A stretch of 64,000 nucleotides of DNA from Squalus acanthias. Taxonomy: Eukaryota. Position numbers and translations under genes: made by a program. Where the stretch lies: the NCBI GenBank assembly GCA_030390025.1, contig CM059438.1, positions 18,538,001 through 18,602,000 of the forward strand, read 5' to 3'. The notes under the pieces are model-generated. The model saw only the letters and a list, made by a program, of their open reading frames with translations. It was not told the origin of the DNA and searched no databases. Of this stretch, positions 36,054 to 48,556 are shown in pieces; within the stretch, counting starts at the first letter, position 1; each line of letters starts with the position of its first letter.

Positions 36054-37224
36054 GAAACGCAGTAAACCTCATGAAGACATCCTTGGTATCCAATCCAAGA
36101 GTCAGGCTTCAAGCAGTACAAGCCTATCCCAAGGCAAGAACTTTCTTATAAACAAGTTTTCCTCCCTTAATCAGAAAGTCAAACAAACCAAATCCAATGT
36201 GACCATTGGAAATCTTCGCAAGCTTGGCAACTTCTCAAAACCGGAGATGAAGGTCAATTTCTTAAGACCAAACCTGCGGGTGAATTTGTGGAAGTCTGAC
36301 AGCAGCTTGGGGAGCTCTGATTCTCCAGTAGTGGCCTCTAAAGATGATACTGATTCAGACATTGAGATCTCTTCAGACACAGACTCTTATGAATCTGATG
36401 AGTTCCTCTCCAATTCCAAATCAGATGATGATTGCCAGCTAACAGACTCTGAAGATGTAGGCCAGCGTGACTATGTTCTGCCCAGCTGTGGTATTGTTGC
36501 CACAGGTCCTCGGTCACGGTTAGGGAGTCGATCACAATCTATTAGCAGCTCAGATTTTAGTATTCCGAGTAATCCTTCAGAAATTCACATAGCTCCACGT
36601 GATCCTGAACAAGTGAGTAAAGTCAAGATTGATGTCCAGCCTTCTGATAAAGCACCAAGTGCCGATGAGGATGTGCTGGTTGATTTCAACACTCCCATTG
36701 AAGTTTATTGTCACCAGTTTGTGGAAGATGCACAGCACAAAACTCCAGAAGTTCCTGTTGCAGACCTTGCTTTCCATCAGCAGCAACAAGAACAACGCAA
36801 CAGCATCTTGGGCGATGAGTCTAAAACTGAACCAGAGGTAATGGAGCCGCATTTATCAAGACCCTCCAAGCTGGACGTATCCTCAGCAACCTCGAATCTA
36901 CCTTTTCTTTCAGTGGAACCACCATATCCTGCTGAATTAGCTGGTAACAGTCCAGCCTGTACATCCAATCCACCTGAAGAGGAGGCTGGTTTACAAGCAA
37001 CTCCTTCCCCAGCAGATGACGCAGGCAGCAGGGCTGTTTCACCATTTGCTAAGATCCGAAGCTCTATGGTCCAGGTAGCAAGCATAACCCAGGCAGGACT
37101 GATCCAGGGGGTGAACTTTGCTGTGGGAAAAGTCCAACGTACCCCCGATAGTGCAAATGAAGGTCAACATCCCCAGCTGAAAGATATGTTTACACAGTGC
37201 CAGACTAGGATAATCCAGATTTAG
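36054..37224 (+). CDS. INPP5F: INPP5F terminal coding exon (approx. exon 20)
   Basis: TTGCAG acceptor. KRSKPHEDILGI...NLRKLGNFSKPEMKVNFL...SPFAKIRSSMVQVASITQAG...QCQTRIIQI then TAG. The end matches the human SAC2 C-terminus. Confidence 0.97.
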
Positions 37225-38355
37225 ACACTGGGCTCCAATCTGTCTAACCTTGACTCAGTGGAATACTCTACTAAGTTATGACCCAAGACCGGAGGCCCTA
37301 TGAAATATATCTGCAGTTTTGTATGCAGCCTTTAACAAATAACATGGGATTTGAGGTTTTCTGATGGTTATTGTTGTACACCAATCTGGGTAAACCTGGA
37401 TTTTTTTCATTAAGCTACTGGAGCACTAACTACTGAACAGGCCAATGTGCAATATTGATTGTGGTAGTACATATTAGGCTAGGGGCATTGTAATCCCAGT
37501 TAATTGTAATGGGCTCAAACCTGCCCTGTTCCAGATGGTTTTATCTACTGTATAACTAGAGGGGAGTTGTAAACTTTATGTAACTTAAGCACACGTCATG
37601 CCACACAACTTAAGAGTTCACACTTAGTTTGTGTTGCATTGAATTGTATTAGTCTGTGGGATAGTGAGTTGTATTTTGGCCTAGTTTGTCTTCTCTGCCA
37701 TACAGGGAAACTGCCTCCAAGGGAAGTTGCGATTCAAACTGAACAAAGCACTCCTTTAAACGGTTTTAAAATTCATTTTCATTGCTTCTAAGGTTTTATA
37801 GAACAACATGCCCACGCAGCTCAAGTCCAGTTGAAGGGACTTGAATATCTCTTGATTATTATTTCACTATTAAAGTATTCCATCAATCTGTAAACTACAA
37901 AGAAAAGGAGTATTTTTCCCTCCTCACGTCTCATTACCAAAGAGACAAGGCCCTAATGAAAATTACCTGTAGCTGAAATACAATAAGTGAAGGGGCCTGA
38001 GAGCAAGCTTGACTTAAATCTGATGTAGCATTAGTATGATCCTATAGCCAGTGCCTGTGTTTTTCATAAATGTACTGTAACTAGACTGTAAACGTGACAT
38101 TGAAAGCAGGTTCCTGAGTGTCTTAACTGTGGTCTGATATCAGCCTTTATGTTGCAGAGAATTTCTAAGCAAATGAAACTGTCCATTCCTGTAATAAACT
38201 CCTGGTATTATAACTTTTAAATGTTTTAATGTGCTTATTTATTCATGTTTTGTCACAGTAGTGTGGTTTCTTTGGAGTGTTTAAAAAAAATCCACATATG
38301 CTTCAAAAGTAGATATACTCCAGTGTATTTTGACATGAGGGATGTACATTATTTT

Positions 38356-38361
38356 AATAAA
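38356..38361 (+). promoter_or_regulatory. Probable INPP5F polyadenylation signal
   Basis: AATAAA about 1.1 kb after the stop, preceded by TGTA and followed by a T/GT-rich downstream stretch. Confidence 0.6.
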
Positions 38362-38699
38362 AAAAGTTAAAGCAAAACATCCTATTTTCATTTGTTTATA
38401 CAGCAATTACCACACTTTAACGGTTAAGAGACTGGTGCTGACTAAGGTAATTAAAAGTACCCTTTGGGGCTGCTGAGTAGCAGCAATGAATGTAAAAAAT
38501 CACCACAGGATATGTGGCGTTGAGAGTTTGAGGTGGAGATTATTGCAAGGTTTCCTCTCGCTTCATATGAAAGACTAGATTATTAAAATCAGTGTTTACT
38601 TACTATCCTATTGAAGCAAGGATCTGTTACTTTCATATGGTAGTCTGATGAGAGATTCTTGCCAGACTCAAAACCTCTACCAAACTTGATCGTCGACTA

Positions 38700-39610
38700 A
38701 TGTGGCACCAGGGAGCTGTAGTAAAATGGGGATCGGGAGGAAACTCTCCAGTGGCTGGAGTTATGCCAGGCACATCGGAGGAAGATGGTTATTGGAAGCC
38801 AATCATCTCCGCTCCAGGACATTGTTGCAGGAGTTCTTTAGGGCAAGGTCTTAGGGCCAACGATCTTCAGCTTGCAGTGTATTCAGTTCCATTTGCAATT
38901 ACTCATAATTAAGCAGTCCATGTCTGCATGCAGGTGAGACCTGGACAACATCCAGGCTTGGGCTGATGTGTGACAAGAAACATTTGTGCCACACAAGTGC
39001 CAAGCAATGACACTCTCCAAATAAGATAGTCTTAACTACCTTCCCCATGACATTCAATGGCATTACCATTGCCAAATCCCCCACTATTAACATCCTGGTG
39101 GGTGGGTCACTATTGACCAGAAACTCAACTGGACCAGCCACATAAATGCTACTAAAATGTGTATGCTGCAGCTCGTGTCTCACCCCCCGACTCCCTAAAG
39201 CCTAAAAGGCACAAGTCAGGATTGCAGTGGAATACTCTCCAGTTGCCTGGATGGGTACAGCTGCAGCAATGTTCAAGAAGCTCCAGGACAAAGCACTGAA
39301 TCCACCACCACCACACGAGGGTTGCAGTGCAGCAACTCGACCAAGTCTTCAGCAGCACATCCCAAACCAGCAACCTCCATCACCCAGAACGACAAGGGCA
39401 GCACGCGTGTGCGATCACCCTCATCTCCATTACAACAGGGCCTACATTTCAAAAGTACGTCATTGGTTGTAAAGCACTTTGGGACATTCTGCAGTAATGA
39501 AATGTGGTATGAAAATGGAAGTTCCTTTTTTTACTTTCAAGGTGACCCTCTGGGTAACTAGGGTTAGGCAATAAATGCCAACCTTGCCAGTGACACCAAC
39601 CACCCAAGAA
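38700..39610 (+). mobile_element. Diverged CR1-group LINE (second family), intergenic, with nested SINE tail at 39430..39530
   Basis: GVLxGKVLGPTIFS-like RT remnant. 3' tail ggcaataaatgcc..ttgccagtgacacc is shared with 48557..49052. Confidence 0.75.
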
Positions 39611-40565
39611 TTAATTAAAATTAAGAGATTGGCCCACTCAAACTTTTATTTTGTTTTAACTACCAAGAGTCCAGCAGTTTTGGGTCCTACCCTGCTTTAG
39701 ACAATTCCAAGTGAGGTTTTTAGTGCTTCTTCCTTTATAAATAGAGAATGCAATGTATGATATCTTTCAGTCTACACACTTGTACATTGGTGCAGAACAT
39801 TAGAACAATGCAGTGCAAGATTTGCCCTATCTATGGACTGATAGGGTAAATGTTTATTCATTTCCTTCACTTTTAATTCATTTTGATGAGCTAAACCCCC
39901 ACAGGTAGCATTTGCAAAAGTAGTGCAATATTATGGAGGCTAAGGCAATTGTGCTGCAACTTTTAACCACGAGCTGAATCTGTCCTCTAGAGTTGCTGGA
40001 AGCAGGGATCATGAAAAATTGGTTGACCAGCACAGCTCCAATCTGTTTAATCCAAATGACATTTTATAGAATGCAACAGCACAGAATGGTGTTTTGCCTC
40101 ATTAAGTCTGCACTGACTGCATTTCTCCACAAGGCACACAACTGTGATGTAAAAGCATGCAGCATTTATAGTGGGTTATTCACAGCTGATTTCTGAAGCG
40201 ATCTTACAACAAAAGTCTGGACTGAGGGCCAAACCTTTTATCCCCTTTTTCCTTCAGGGTTATGTTGAGTGGTTCCACAAGCTACCTCATCCATTCATCT
40301 GTGAACATACAGTCTCAGGCTATTAGACTGTGGAGTTTAATTGCCAAGCCCCAACCCTGACCTGACTCCACCTATATGCTATCAAATTGCTGGATAATGA
40401 TCAAGAGCGGGGCGCCTGTTTGAGTTATTCCCCTCCCTAGCTCAGCACTGACGTCTACTGCAGCACCAGCTAACTCAGATTGAGCCTTGTAGTTGGGACC
40501 TTGATAATGTTACTGGACTATTACCACCCAAAAAGAAAAGAATCCAAGTTTAAAAAAAAAAGTTT

Positions 40566-40571
40566 TTTAAT
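40566..40571 (-). promoter_or_regulatory. Candidate MCMBP distal polyadenylation signal (ATTAAA)
   Basis: ATTAAA on - at the end of an AT-rich, UTR-like stretch just before repeat-rich intergenic DNA. Other AATAAA hexamers exist upstream in the UTR. Confidence 0.3.
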
Positions 40572-43471
40572 TTGTTTAAGAAAAACTTTACAGCAAATAT
40601 CCCTGATATGATCATTGTACAGAAATCTTATCACTTTTACCTCACAGTTCTTCACTGATAATTTAGATTTATCCCACCCCTTAATTTCACTTTAGTCTTT
40701 GGATGGCTCCAAGTTTCTCTCAGTTTTAACAGAAGATGGCAGAGAATTTTTAAAGAGTAGTAGCAACTTTTAAAAGTTCAGTGGCTGTGCAGTGCATGTG
40801 TTCTTCAGTAACTATGCAACAAACACAGCCCAGACAGTCCTGTTCTTGAATTAAGGAATATAGTACTCATGATGCACAAGGACATCAGTTTCCATACCAA
40901 CTCATTATCCTTAATTGAATTGATCTTTAGCCTCCAAACCAACCAAATCCAAAAGTCAAAATGTTTGAAAAGGAAAGAAAGACTAATTTTATTCAACCAT
41001 ATTAGTTTGTTAAATGAAGCAGTAATGAAAATCTAGAGACAAAACACAATCAAGGAAAGCAGCTCAAGTGCATTCATGAGCTCCTGGGACAAAGCCATTA
41101 CAAAACTGAAAAACATGACTCTTTATTCAAACTCCAAATGATTACATCTTTAAACATTTTTAAAGTTAGGAAAAATCCTTAGGTGCATTACCTTTACCAC
41201 AAATTCTTTCATTCGGTGGTTGTTCGGCTTCAAGGCTTTGTTTAAACTATTAAAAGGTTAAGTCTTTCTAAATCTGTTTTGCACATCATGCCAGCCACCT
41301 AAGACATGGTTTTCTATTAATCTTTAAATGCAGCTGTTTTTAAAAAAAAAAGTTGCTGGATGGAATTCATGAGTTCACTTGCTGTTCAACAAACAGCCCA
41401 TTATTAAAAACAGGGTCAGGAAGACATGACTGTAGTACATTTAGCTCAAGTACATTACTAAGGGGTGCAGGAGCAGTAGTTTGGAAAGGTGTTTAAGGTC
41501 CAGACTTAAGCATATTGTTGGGACAGAGTAGAGGTAGCTAAGTGCTACATCAAATTGTGCTATACCCAAAAGTACTTAATGCCAAGACTCCATTCCCAAA
41601 ACTAAAGTATTCCATTCCCCAGCACCAACATCCCTCACCTAGAGGAATGCAAAAATCGACAAGAAAGTGTAGAGTTAAAAATCCCATCTCTGGGAACTCT
41701 TCTGCCACCAGCTGGAAAATCTCCATATTGATAAATATTTAAATTCACAGAGCCTGTCGGGTCTAAATTAAACACATTACAGCGGCAGGGTCGAGAGTTG
41801 GGAAGGAAGCACTTCAGTTTGATGAGACACAAAGCTATCATTTTTGGACCTTCGTATGAAACCAGCAGAGATGGATTAGTTCTCCTTCCTTGCCTGCTGC
41901 AAGGTCTAGATATTAAATAAACTTGGGACAGTCTTCATTCAGTTCCTAGTTAGAGTGGACCACACGACTCAAAATTGCAATCTTGCATTGGTGGCCAGGA
42001 GCTGCTTGGGAGATTGGACAAGTATAGAGAACTTTAGCACCGGACCTGGGAGCACAAAATGGAGAAAGGTTCCACAGTCCTGTAATAACTGGCTTCATCT
42101 GAATTCCTGACAACTGACAGGCTGCAAGAAGATTTTTTTTTTTTTTAAAGTTGGAGTAAAAGTTATTCTCTTTAACCAGTCACTCCAGTAAGAAAGCACT
42201 ATAGAATGCGAAGAGTGTTTGCTCAGATATAAGTGAGTCTCGTATAGCACATAAACCAGTAAACTACAGCCGGGGAGGTGGGAGAAAGATAACATGGAAT
42301 AGATTAATTGATTCCACCGGTCTGACAATTCACCGTCTCAGTCCCATAATCCACTTACTCAGATTAAAAACCAAAAACCTGGGAGTGTGTTAGAAGACTA
42401 AATGAAATCAAAGGTTTGGGATGTTTAAGGCTGCTCCAAAGCTTTGTTCCGACAGGCCTCATTTGAACCTAATTGTACAACTCAGCTTATTCTTCTACAG
42501 GTCTACAAACTACTACTGTGACTGTTACACTTGTTACCAGATGCACATATTCTACATAACTGAATAAGGTGAAAGCATGGACAAAGGAAAGGCCATTTTA
42601 GCCCATCATCATGCCCACTCTTTCCACAGCCCATCTGCCCCATCAGGAATTCTACCCCACTTCATTAGATGTGCCTAAATTGCACACTTGATCTACAAAT
42701 CAGTATAAACACTGGCAGATAACTTTACGGAATTAAAAAAAAAATGTTCACAAATAGATGCAAAAATACAGTTAAGGTTTGAAGGCAACTTGTACATAAT
42801 TTAAATACCCAGTAAAGTCTGAGCAGCTGTATTAAAAGTGATAAATAATAGACCGCTTCAATGTTAGAAGTTAACTATCTTTGATTAAGCAAAAGGTTGT
42901 CCACACTTAAAACTACATGTAAACAAACTGATTCACTGCTCGTTCCAGTGTCAGTTTACAAGTTTAGATCTGGATGTGCGAACACCACTAGAAGCTCATC
43001 CTTAACCCACAATTAGAGGAATAGTTTTAAAAACAAACAAAAAGAATCTAACAGCTGTTGAATTCTTCATATTTCACACTTTTTTTTTTAAAAAAAGGCA
43101 ATTTTTAACAAGTACAATGTTATGCAAATGCAGTTTACAAAATTACAAAAATAGCTTGTATTTGAGAAGTTGTGGTAATAGAGGAATGTAGAAGATATTT
43201 TCACAAGTGGATGTATTCAACTAAAATGCAGAGGCTTCAGTAAAAGCAACACAGACATTAGAAATAAAGTAGTCAGAATTCAGATTTATAAGAAATTTTT
43301 GTAAGAAAATTTGATACAAATGATCTACAAAGAGGGGGGAAAAAAATTGTTTTTCCTCAACTTGACAGATTTGGCAGGTGGGCTGAGAAGGAAGGTTAGC
43401 TCTTTAAATTTACATAAAGCCCACTGACACGCAAGTTCGATAAACTCTTGCGTTTGAACGACAGTCCATCA

Positions 43472-43598
43472 TTAAGGTTCGTTGCCATTTACATGGGTTT
43501 GTTGCTGTATCCGGCTTTTGCGAACAACCTCCAATTGCTTTGCTCGCTGCCATCTTTCTCGTGATAAGGTCGTGTGGCCAGCACTCAGAGACACCAAC
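43472..43598 (-). CDS. MCMBP: MCMBP terminal coding exon (approx. exon 16)
   Basis: TAG acceptor. [41 protein letters not shown] then TAA; human ends ...VNGNEL. Confidence 0.96.
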
Positions 43599-43682
43599 CT
43601 ATTTAAAGGCAAACTAAAGTTAACTCTTAAATTAAAAGCATTACTCAAAAGCTATAATTCAAAATAAAAGCATCAATTAGGT

Positions 43683-44733
43683 AGAACATAAGAATTAGGA
43701 GGAGTAGGCCATTCGGCCCCTCGAGCCTGCTCCACCATTCAATAGGATCATGGCTGATCTTCGACCTCAACTCCACTTTCCTGCACTATCTCCATATCCC
43801 TCGATTCCCTTAACATCCAAAAAATCTATCGATCTCTGTCTTGAATATACTTAACGACTGAGCCTCCACAGCCCACTGGGGCAGAGAATTCCAAAGATTC
43901 ACCACCCTCTGAGTGAAGAAATTTCTCCCCATCTCAGTCCTAAATAGCCGACCCCTTATTCTGAGACTGTGACCCCCTGGTTCTAGACTCCCCAGCCAGG
44001 GGAAACATCCTCCCTGCATCTCCCCTGTCAAGCCCTGTAAGAATTTTGTATGTTTCAATGAGATCACCTCTCATTCTTCTAAATGCTATAGAGAATATAG
44101 GCCTAGTCTACTCAATCTCTCCTCATAGGACAATCCCCCCATCCCAGGAACCAGTCTGGTGAACCTTCGTTGCACTCCCTCTATGGCAAGTATATCCTTC
44201 CTTAGGTAAGGAGACCAAAACTGTACACAATACTCCAGGTGTGGTCTCACCAGGGCCCCATATAATTGCAGTAAGACGTCTTTACTGTTATACTCAAATC
44301 CCCTTGTAATAAAGGCCAACATACCATTTGCTTTCCTAATTGCTTGCTGTACCTGCATGTTAACTTTCAGTGATTCATGTACAAGAACACCAACATTTCC
44401 CAATCTCTCACCATTTATAAAATATTTGCTTTTCTATTTTTCCTACCAAAGTGGGTAACTTCACATTTCTCCACATTATATTCCATTTGCCATGTTCTTG
44501 CCCACTCACTTAGCCTGTCTATATCCCCTTGAAGCCTCTTTGCATCATCCTCACAAATTACATTTCAACCTAGCTTTGTATCATCAGCAAACTTGGATAT
44601 ATTACATTTTGGTCCCCTCATCATTATCATTGATATAGATTGTGAATAGCTGAGGCCCAAGCACTGATCCTTGCGGTACCCCACTAGTTACAGCCTGCCA
44701 ACCCGAAAATGACCCGTTTATTCCTACTCTCTG
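43683..44733 (-). mobile_element. CR1 LINE 3' fragment in the last MCMBP intron
   Basis: ORFs 44086..44403 and 43810..44067 with RPHLEYCVQFWSP and FFTQRVVNLWNSLP. Confidence 0.95.
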
Positions 44734-45349
44734 GTAACAGCTGAAACATTTTTATATCTTGCAAAACTAGTTATGTACAACATACAATTTGTTTAAACTC
44801 ATTCACCAAATTCTCACCTTCCTAACTAGGTTGTTAAGTTACCTTTCAATTTGGATACAACTCAGTTGCTGGTCTGATCAGTTTATGCCAGCTAATTAAC
44901 TGAAGTGCAACATCAAATGACAGCATCGATACTGCCATTATTCGATGTAGTACTAATGTTCCTTACACTCAAAAATGTGACTGTTACAATCTAAGGTACT
45001 GGTCGGACATTCAAGTCAGAACCCGAGCTCACTATATCCGTTTTTAACGAAATGGTAAGAACTAATGGTTCCACTGCTGCAAACTTTACTATAAGCAACT
45101 CTTTCAGTCTTAAAGTCATATTAAAGTCAGTAGAAAATGCTGTAAACACTCATGTTAGAGCTACTCTGTTGGTTCCCCATGATATTATAACAACCTTGAC
45201 TAATGGTGCTGTTATACTATAGTGCCAGTTTAACAATACCTGCTCAGAGAGCGAGGTCCAACAGCAATGTATGCTGCCAACTTTGCAGTCATATGTACTC
45301 AAGCGAAGGAGTGCACTCTGCATGCATACTTAAATGCACGCACAGAGTT

Positions 45350-45860
45350 CTATTCACCGAGTTCCGTTTCAGACCTTATATAGCCTCCATCATTAAGACT
45401 GCCTATTTCCACCTCCACAACAGTGCCCACTCCGCCCCCACCTCAGACCCTCTGCCACAAACTGGCATACAAGGGAAAGTGGGATAAATGGTCAAAGCGG
45501 AGGAAGATACAAAGTAATGGGGAACAAGTGGGGTAGTGCGATTTGGATTGCTCTGGTAAAGTCAGCATAGACACTATTGGCTTCCGTCTGTACTGTAAAC
45601 CTCTATGGTTTTATATGCCATTGTCACCTGCAGACTCTATTCCAATGCCCTCCTTGCTGGCCTCGTATCCTCCACCCTCCCTAAACTCCAACGTGTCCAA
45701 AATCCTGCTGCAATTTCCTGTTCATCCACCCCACTCCTCACCAACTGACATTGACCTTCACCCACCCTCTGCCCCGCCCCCAGCCGAATACCTTAGAGTT
45801 AGAATCTTTGGCCTCATCCCTACCCTATCGCTGCAACTTCCTCCAGCCCTATATCCACCC
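45350..45860 (+). mobile_element. L2 ORF2 fragments with a nested CR1 tail (~45460..45610)
   Basis: SIIKTAYFHLHN remnant typical of L2 ORF2, plus a CR1-like 3' UTR in the middle. Confidence 0.6.
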
Positions 45861-46136
45861 CAACACTGCAAGTGTTTTATCGAAAGATAATAAAAAGAAA
45901 CAGATGCTGAGCCATTATGAAACGTGGACCAAAAACTAGGTTGAAAAGATGGGATCGAAGAAAGCTTAGAAAGAAAGAAAGAAACCTGGTAGTTAGTGAA
46001 AAGGTGAATTGAAACAATACAAGTAAGAAAACAGGAATGATTAACTGTTTAATGTGTTTGTTATAAAGGGTTCTAATATTCCACAAAGAAAATCAAAGCA
46101 ATAAGCCATTTCATATCTCATCAACAGACGTCGTAC

Positions 46137-46225
46137 CTTGCTACAACAAGCAGCTGATGGAGATCTTCTGCAGTTATGCTCTGAGGATCACCTTTTCTCA
46201 TCTCCACAAAATCTTCTTCCACTGC
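46137..46225 (-). CDS. MCMBP: MCMBP exon (approx. 15)
   Basis: AG/GT boundaries. [29 protein letters not shown]. Confidence 0.96.
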
Positions 46226-46313
46226 CTAGAATGTAGATCATTAAAAATTGAATCTCATGTTACCCATTACAGGACTTGGAAAAATAGCCATCAACATAAA
46301 AAGGACGTTATAC

Positions 46314-46478
46314 CTTGGTCACTTCATCAGATATACTGTAGTCCATTAGTCTCAGTAAGCTCAGATATATGCGAAATTTCTTCAGCATGGAAGGCAGTAC
46401 AGCGGTCTGCAAATTAGCCATGTACTCTTCTATGTTGGCAGGAATCATCTGCGGCTGTAGGTGGACTTGGCAGTCAGA
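46314..46478 (-). CDS. MCMBP: MCMBP exon (approx. 14)
   Basis: AG/GT boundaries. [55 protein letters not shown]. Confidence 0.96.
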
Positions 46479-47041
46479 CTATAAATGAGATAAATAGTCT
46501 ACTTAAGTAGATGCCACAAGAGAGCAGTAGAAGGGATACAAAAAAAAGAGCAACGCAAAAGATTTCCCAAGACCTGCCCAACAATCTGAATTTTAATAAC
46601 TCATAACATTATGATCTAGCAATGTAAATGCACCCCAGCATTTTTACACAAATCACAATTATTCTCAAAGATGTACATTGCACATTATGACCGAACGTGA
46701 CACACTTGCAACTTCACCCCTCATGTTATGCTGTTAGATCCACTTGTTTAATTACGGCGTCAGTGATTCATACTAAACTTAATTATTATTCAAATAGTTC
46801 TTTACAGCACTAACAGAAAGCAAGCAAAAGAAAAAAAATAGTTTAAAGTAAACTACAGCATTATGGAGTGAAGCACAACGTGAAGACTTGTGAATATTAC
46901 TTTTTTTTTTAAACTGACAGTTCAATGGATAGAGAATTACTGTATCTATTGTCAAACCTCACAAACTTAATGGGATTTTCCAGTTAAAACTTCAAGACCT
47001 CTGAAGATGGCTAACTATAAACATAATACACAGAAGTAATC

Positions 47042-47090
47042 TCCACAATAAACAGTTCGTTCTTCTTAGGCAGTCCACAATAAACAGTTC
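47042..47090 (-). mobile_element. 15-bp RTE 3'-end micro-insertion with 17-bp TSD
   Basis: tccacaataaacagttc [gttcttcttaggcag] tccacaataaacagttc. The insert matches the RTE terminus at ~30955..30970. Confidence 0.8.
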
Positions 47091-47796
47091 AGTTTGAGAT
47101 TGTCTATATAATTCGTGTAATATCACTAATAAAACAAACTGGAATCAAATGGTTGCAGCAATTGTAACAATTAAACATGCATTTAAAACCAAGATGAACA
47201 GATTTTAAAATGTTAAAATTTTAAAGCGAGAGATTAATCGCAATTAATTTTTAAAAAATTGTTTGACAGCCCAGGAAAAAAAAACAGAATTAGCTTGAGG
47301 TTTTGGGTCTTATGAATGGGGCAGGATCACAAAACTACAAGAAGTTCTTAAAGGGACTCTGACTGTATAATGCACTCCTGCTGGACTAATCCCAGGAGGA
47401 AGTGTATGTGTGTTTTTTCCAAAATGAAACTTGCAGAGCATCTTTATTCCGCCAGTATGGACATCAACGTATGCAAATCGGCTCATGATAAAATAGAGAA
47501 CCACTTGCATCTAAAAAGGTTATTCCCAGCTTTTCTTAAAAAAGACACTTTAACAGTTGATGTTTTAAAGGGAGATATTACTGTTTTATGTTGATTCAAA
47601 AATTCATAAGTACGCAAGCCTTTTCCCTATAATTCAAAACATTACTATACAAACATCATATTGTGTTGTCATTAGGGTTCACTTCAGTGCATTATAGCTG
47701 TATTGCACACAATTTATTTCGAACAAAAATCAAGACGACTCGGACCACGATTTACATGGAGTAGTACAAATAGATAAATCCACACAGTACACGTAC

Positions 47797-47930
47797 CGGT
47801 AAGAGAGATCTGCCTTCAGAAGTGATGAGTACATTAATATTGCAGGGGAATTCCATCTGGTGGTAGCTGAAGTCATAGTCCACCTTCTGCCAGGTAATCA
47901 GATTACCAAGCGCTGTCACATTTCGGACAC
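47797..47930 (-). CDS. MCMBP: MCMBP exon (approx. 13)
   Basis: CAG acceptor, GTACGT donor. [44 protein letters not shown]. Confidence 0.97.
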
Positions 47931-48556
47931 CTGTGAAAGATTGGGCATTAACAGTGATCGGGACTGACACAAATGCATTGTTTTTATGGCAGGTCACTTA
48001 CTCCTGCTTCTAGTTTAGATATCCAAGAGGGCAAAAAAAAATGAATGTTTTGACTGTATAAGGAAAATGCATTCAAATAGCTGCGGCACAACGGTCCACT
48101 ACCTCACAAACTTAATGGGATTTTCCAGTTAAAACTTCAAGACCTCTGAAGATGGCTAACTATAATCATAATATTTCAAACATGGAAGCCTGCAGTGTCT
48201 GAAGCCAGCAGCTGCCTTCATTTGAACGTAAAAAAAACACCAACAGGAACCAAACGACCTGTGTGTGGCGACAGTTACAGCACATAGAATCATGGACTGT
48301 TGTAGCAAAGAAACCGATAAGCAAGTGGCCATAAAAAGAGTGAGAAGCCCCGAGTTATGGTTTGCAATCCCAACTGGGAGTATTTTTACAGTAGACGTTT
48401 CTCACGAGTGATAGTAACACAATAATGATAATGCTGCATAATGTGAGCCAAGTATGCTGCCCTGAAGAAACTGTTGCATCTTCTTGCAGTTAAAAGCTAA
48501 AATCAGATTACCTACTTACAGTATGATCTTCAACATTGTTTATCTGCAACATACAC

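Larger units (their letters stand above)
46956..48173 (+). repeat. 73-bp direct repeat pair (46956..47028 and 48101..48173)
   Basis: 72 of 73 bases identical. The pair flanks MCMBP exon 47797..47930. Confidence 0.92.

Noticed and set aside
36199-37224. ORF-track start at 36199
   Set aside because: Not a real start (GTG). The exon begins at the 36054 acceptor.
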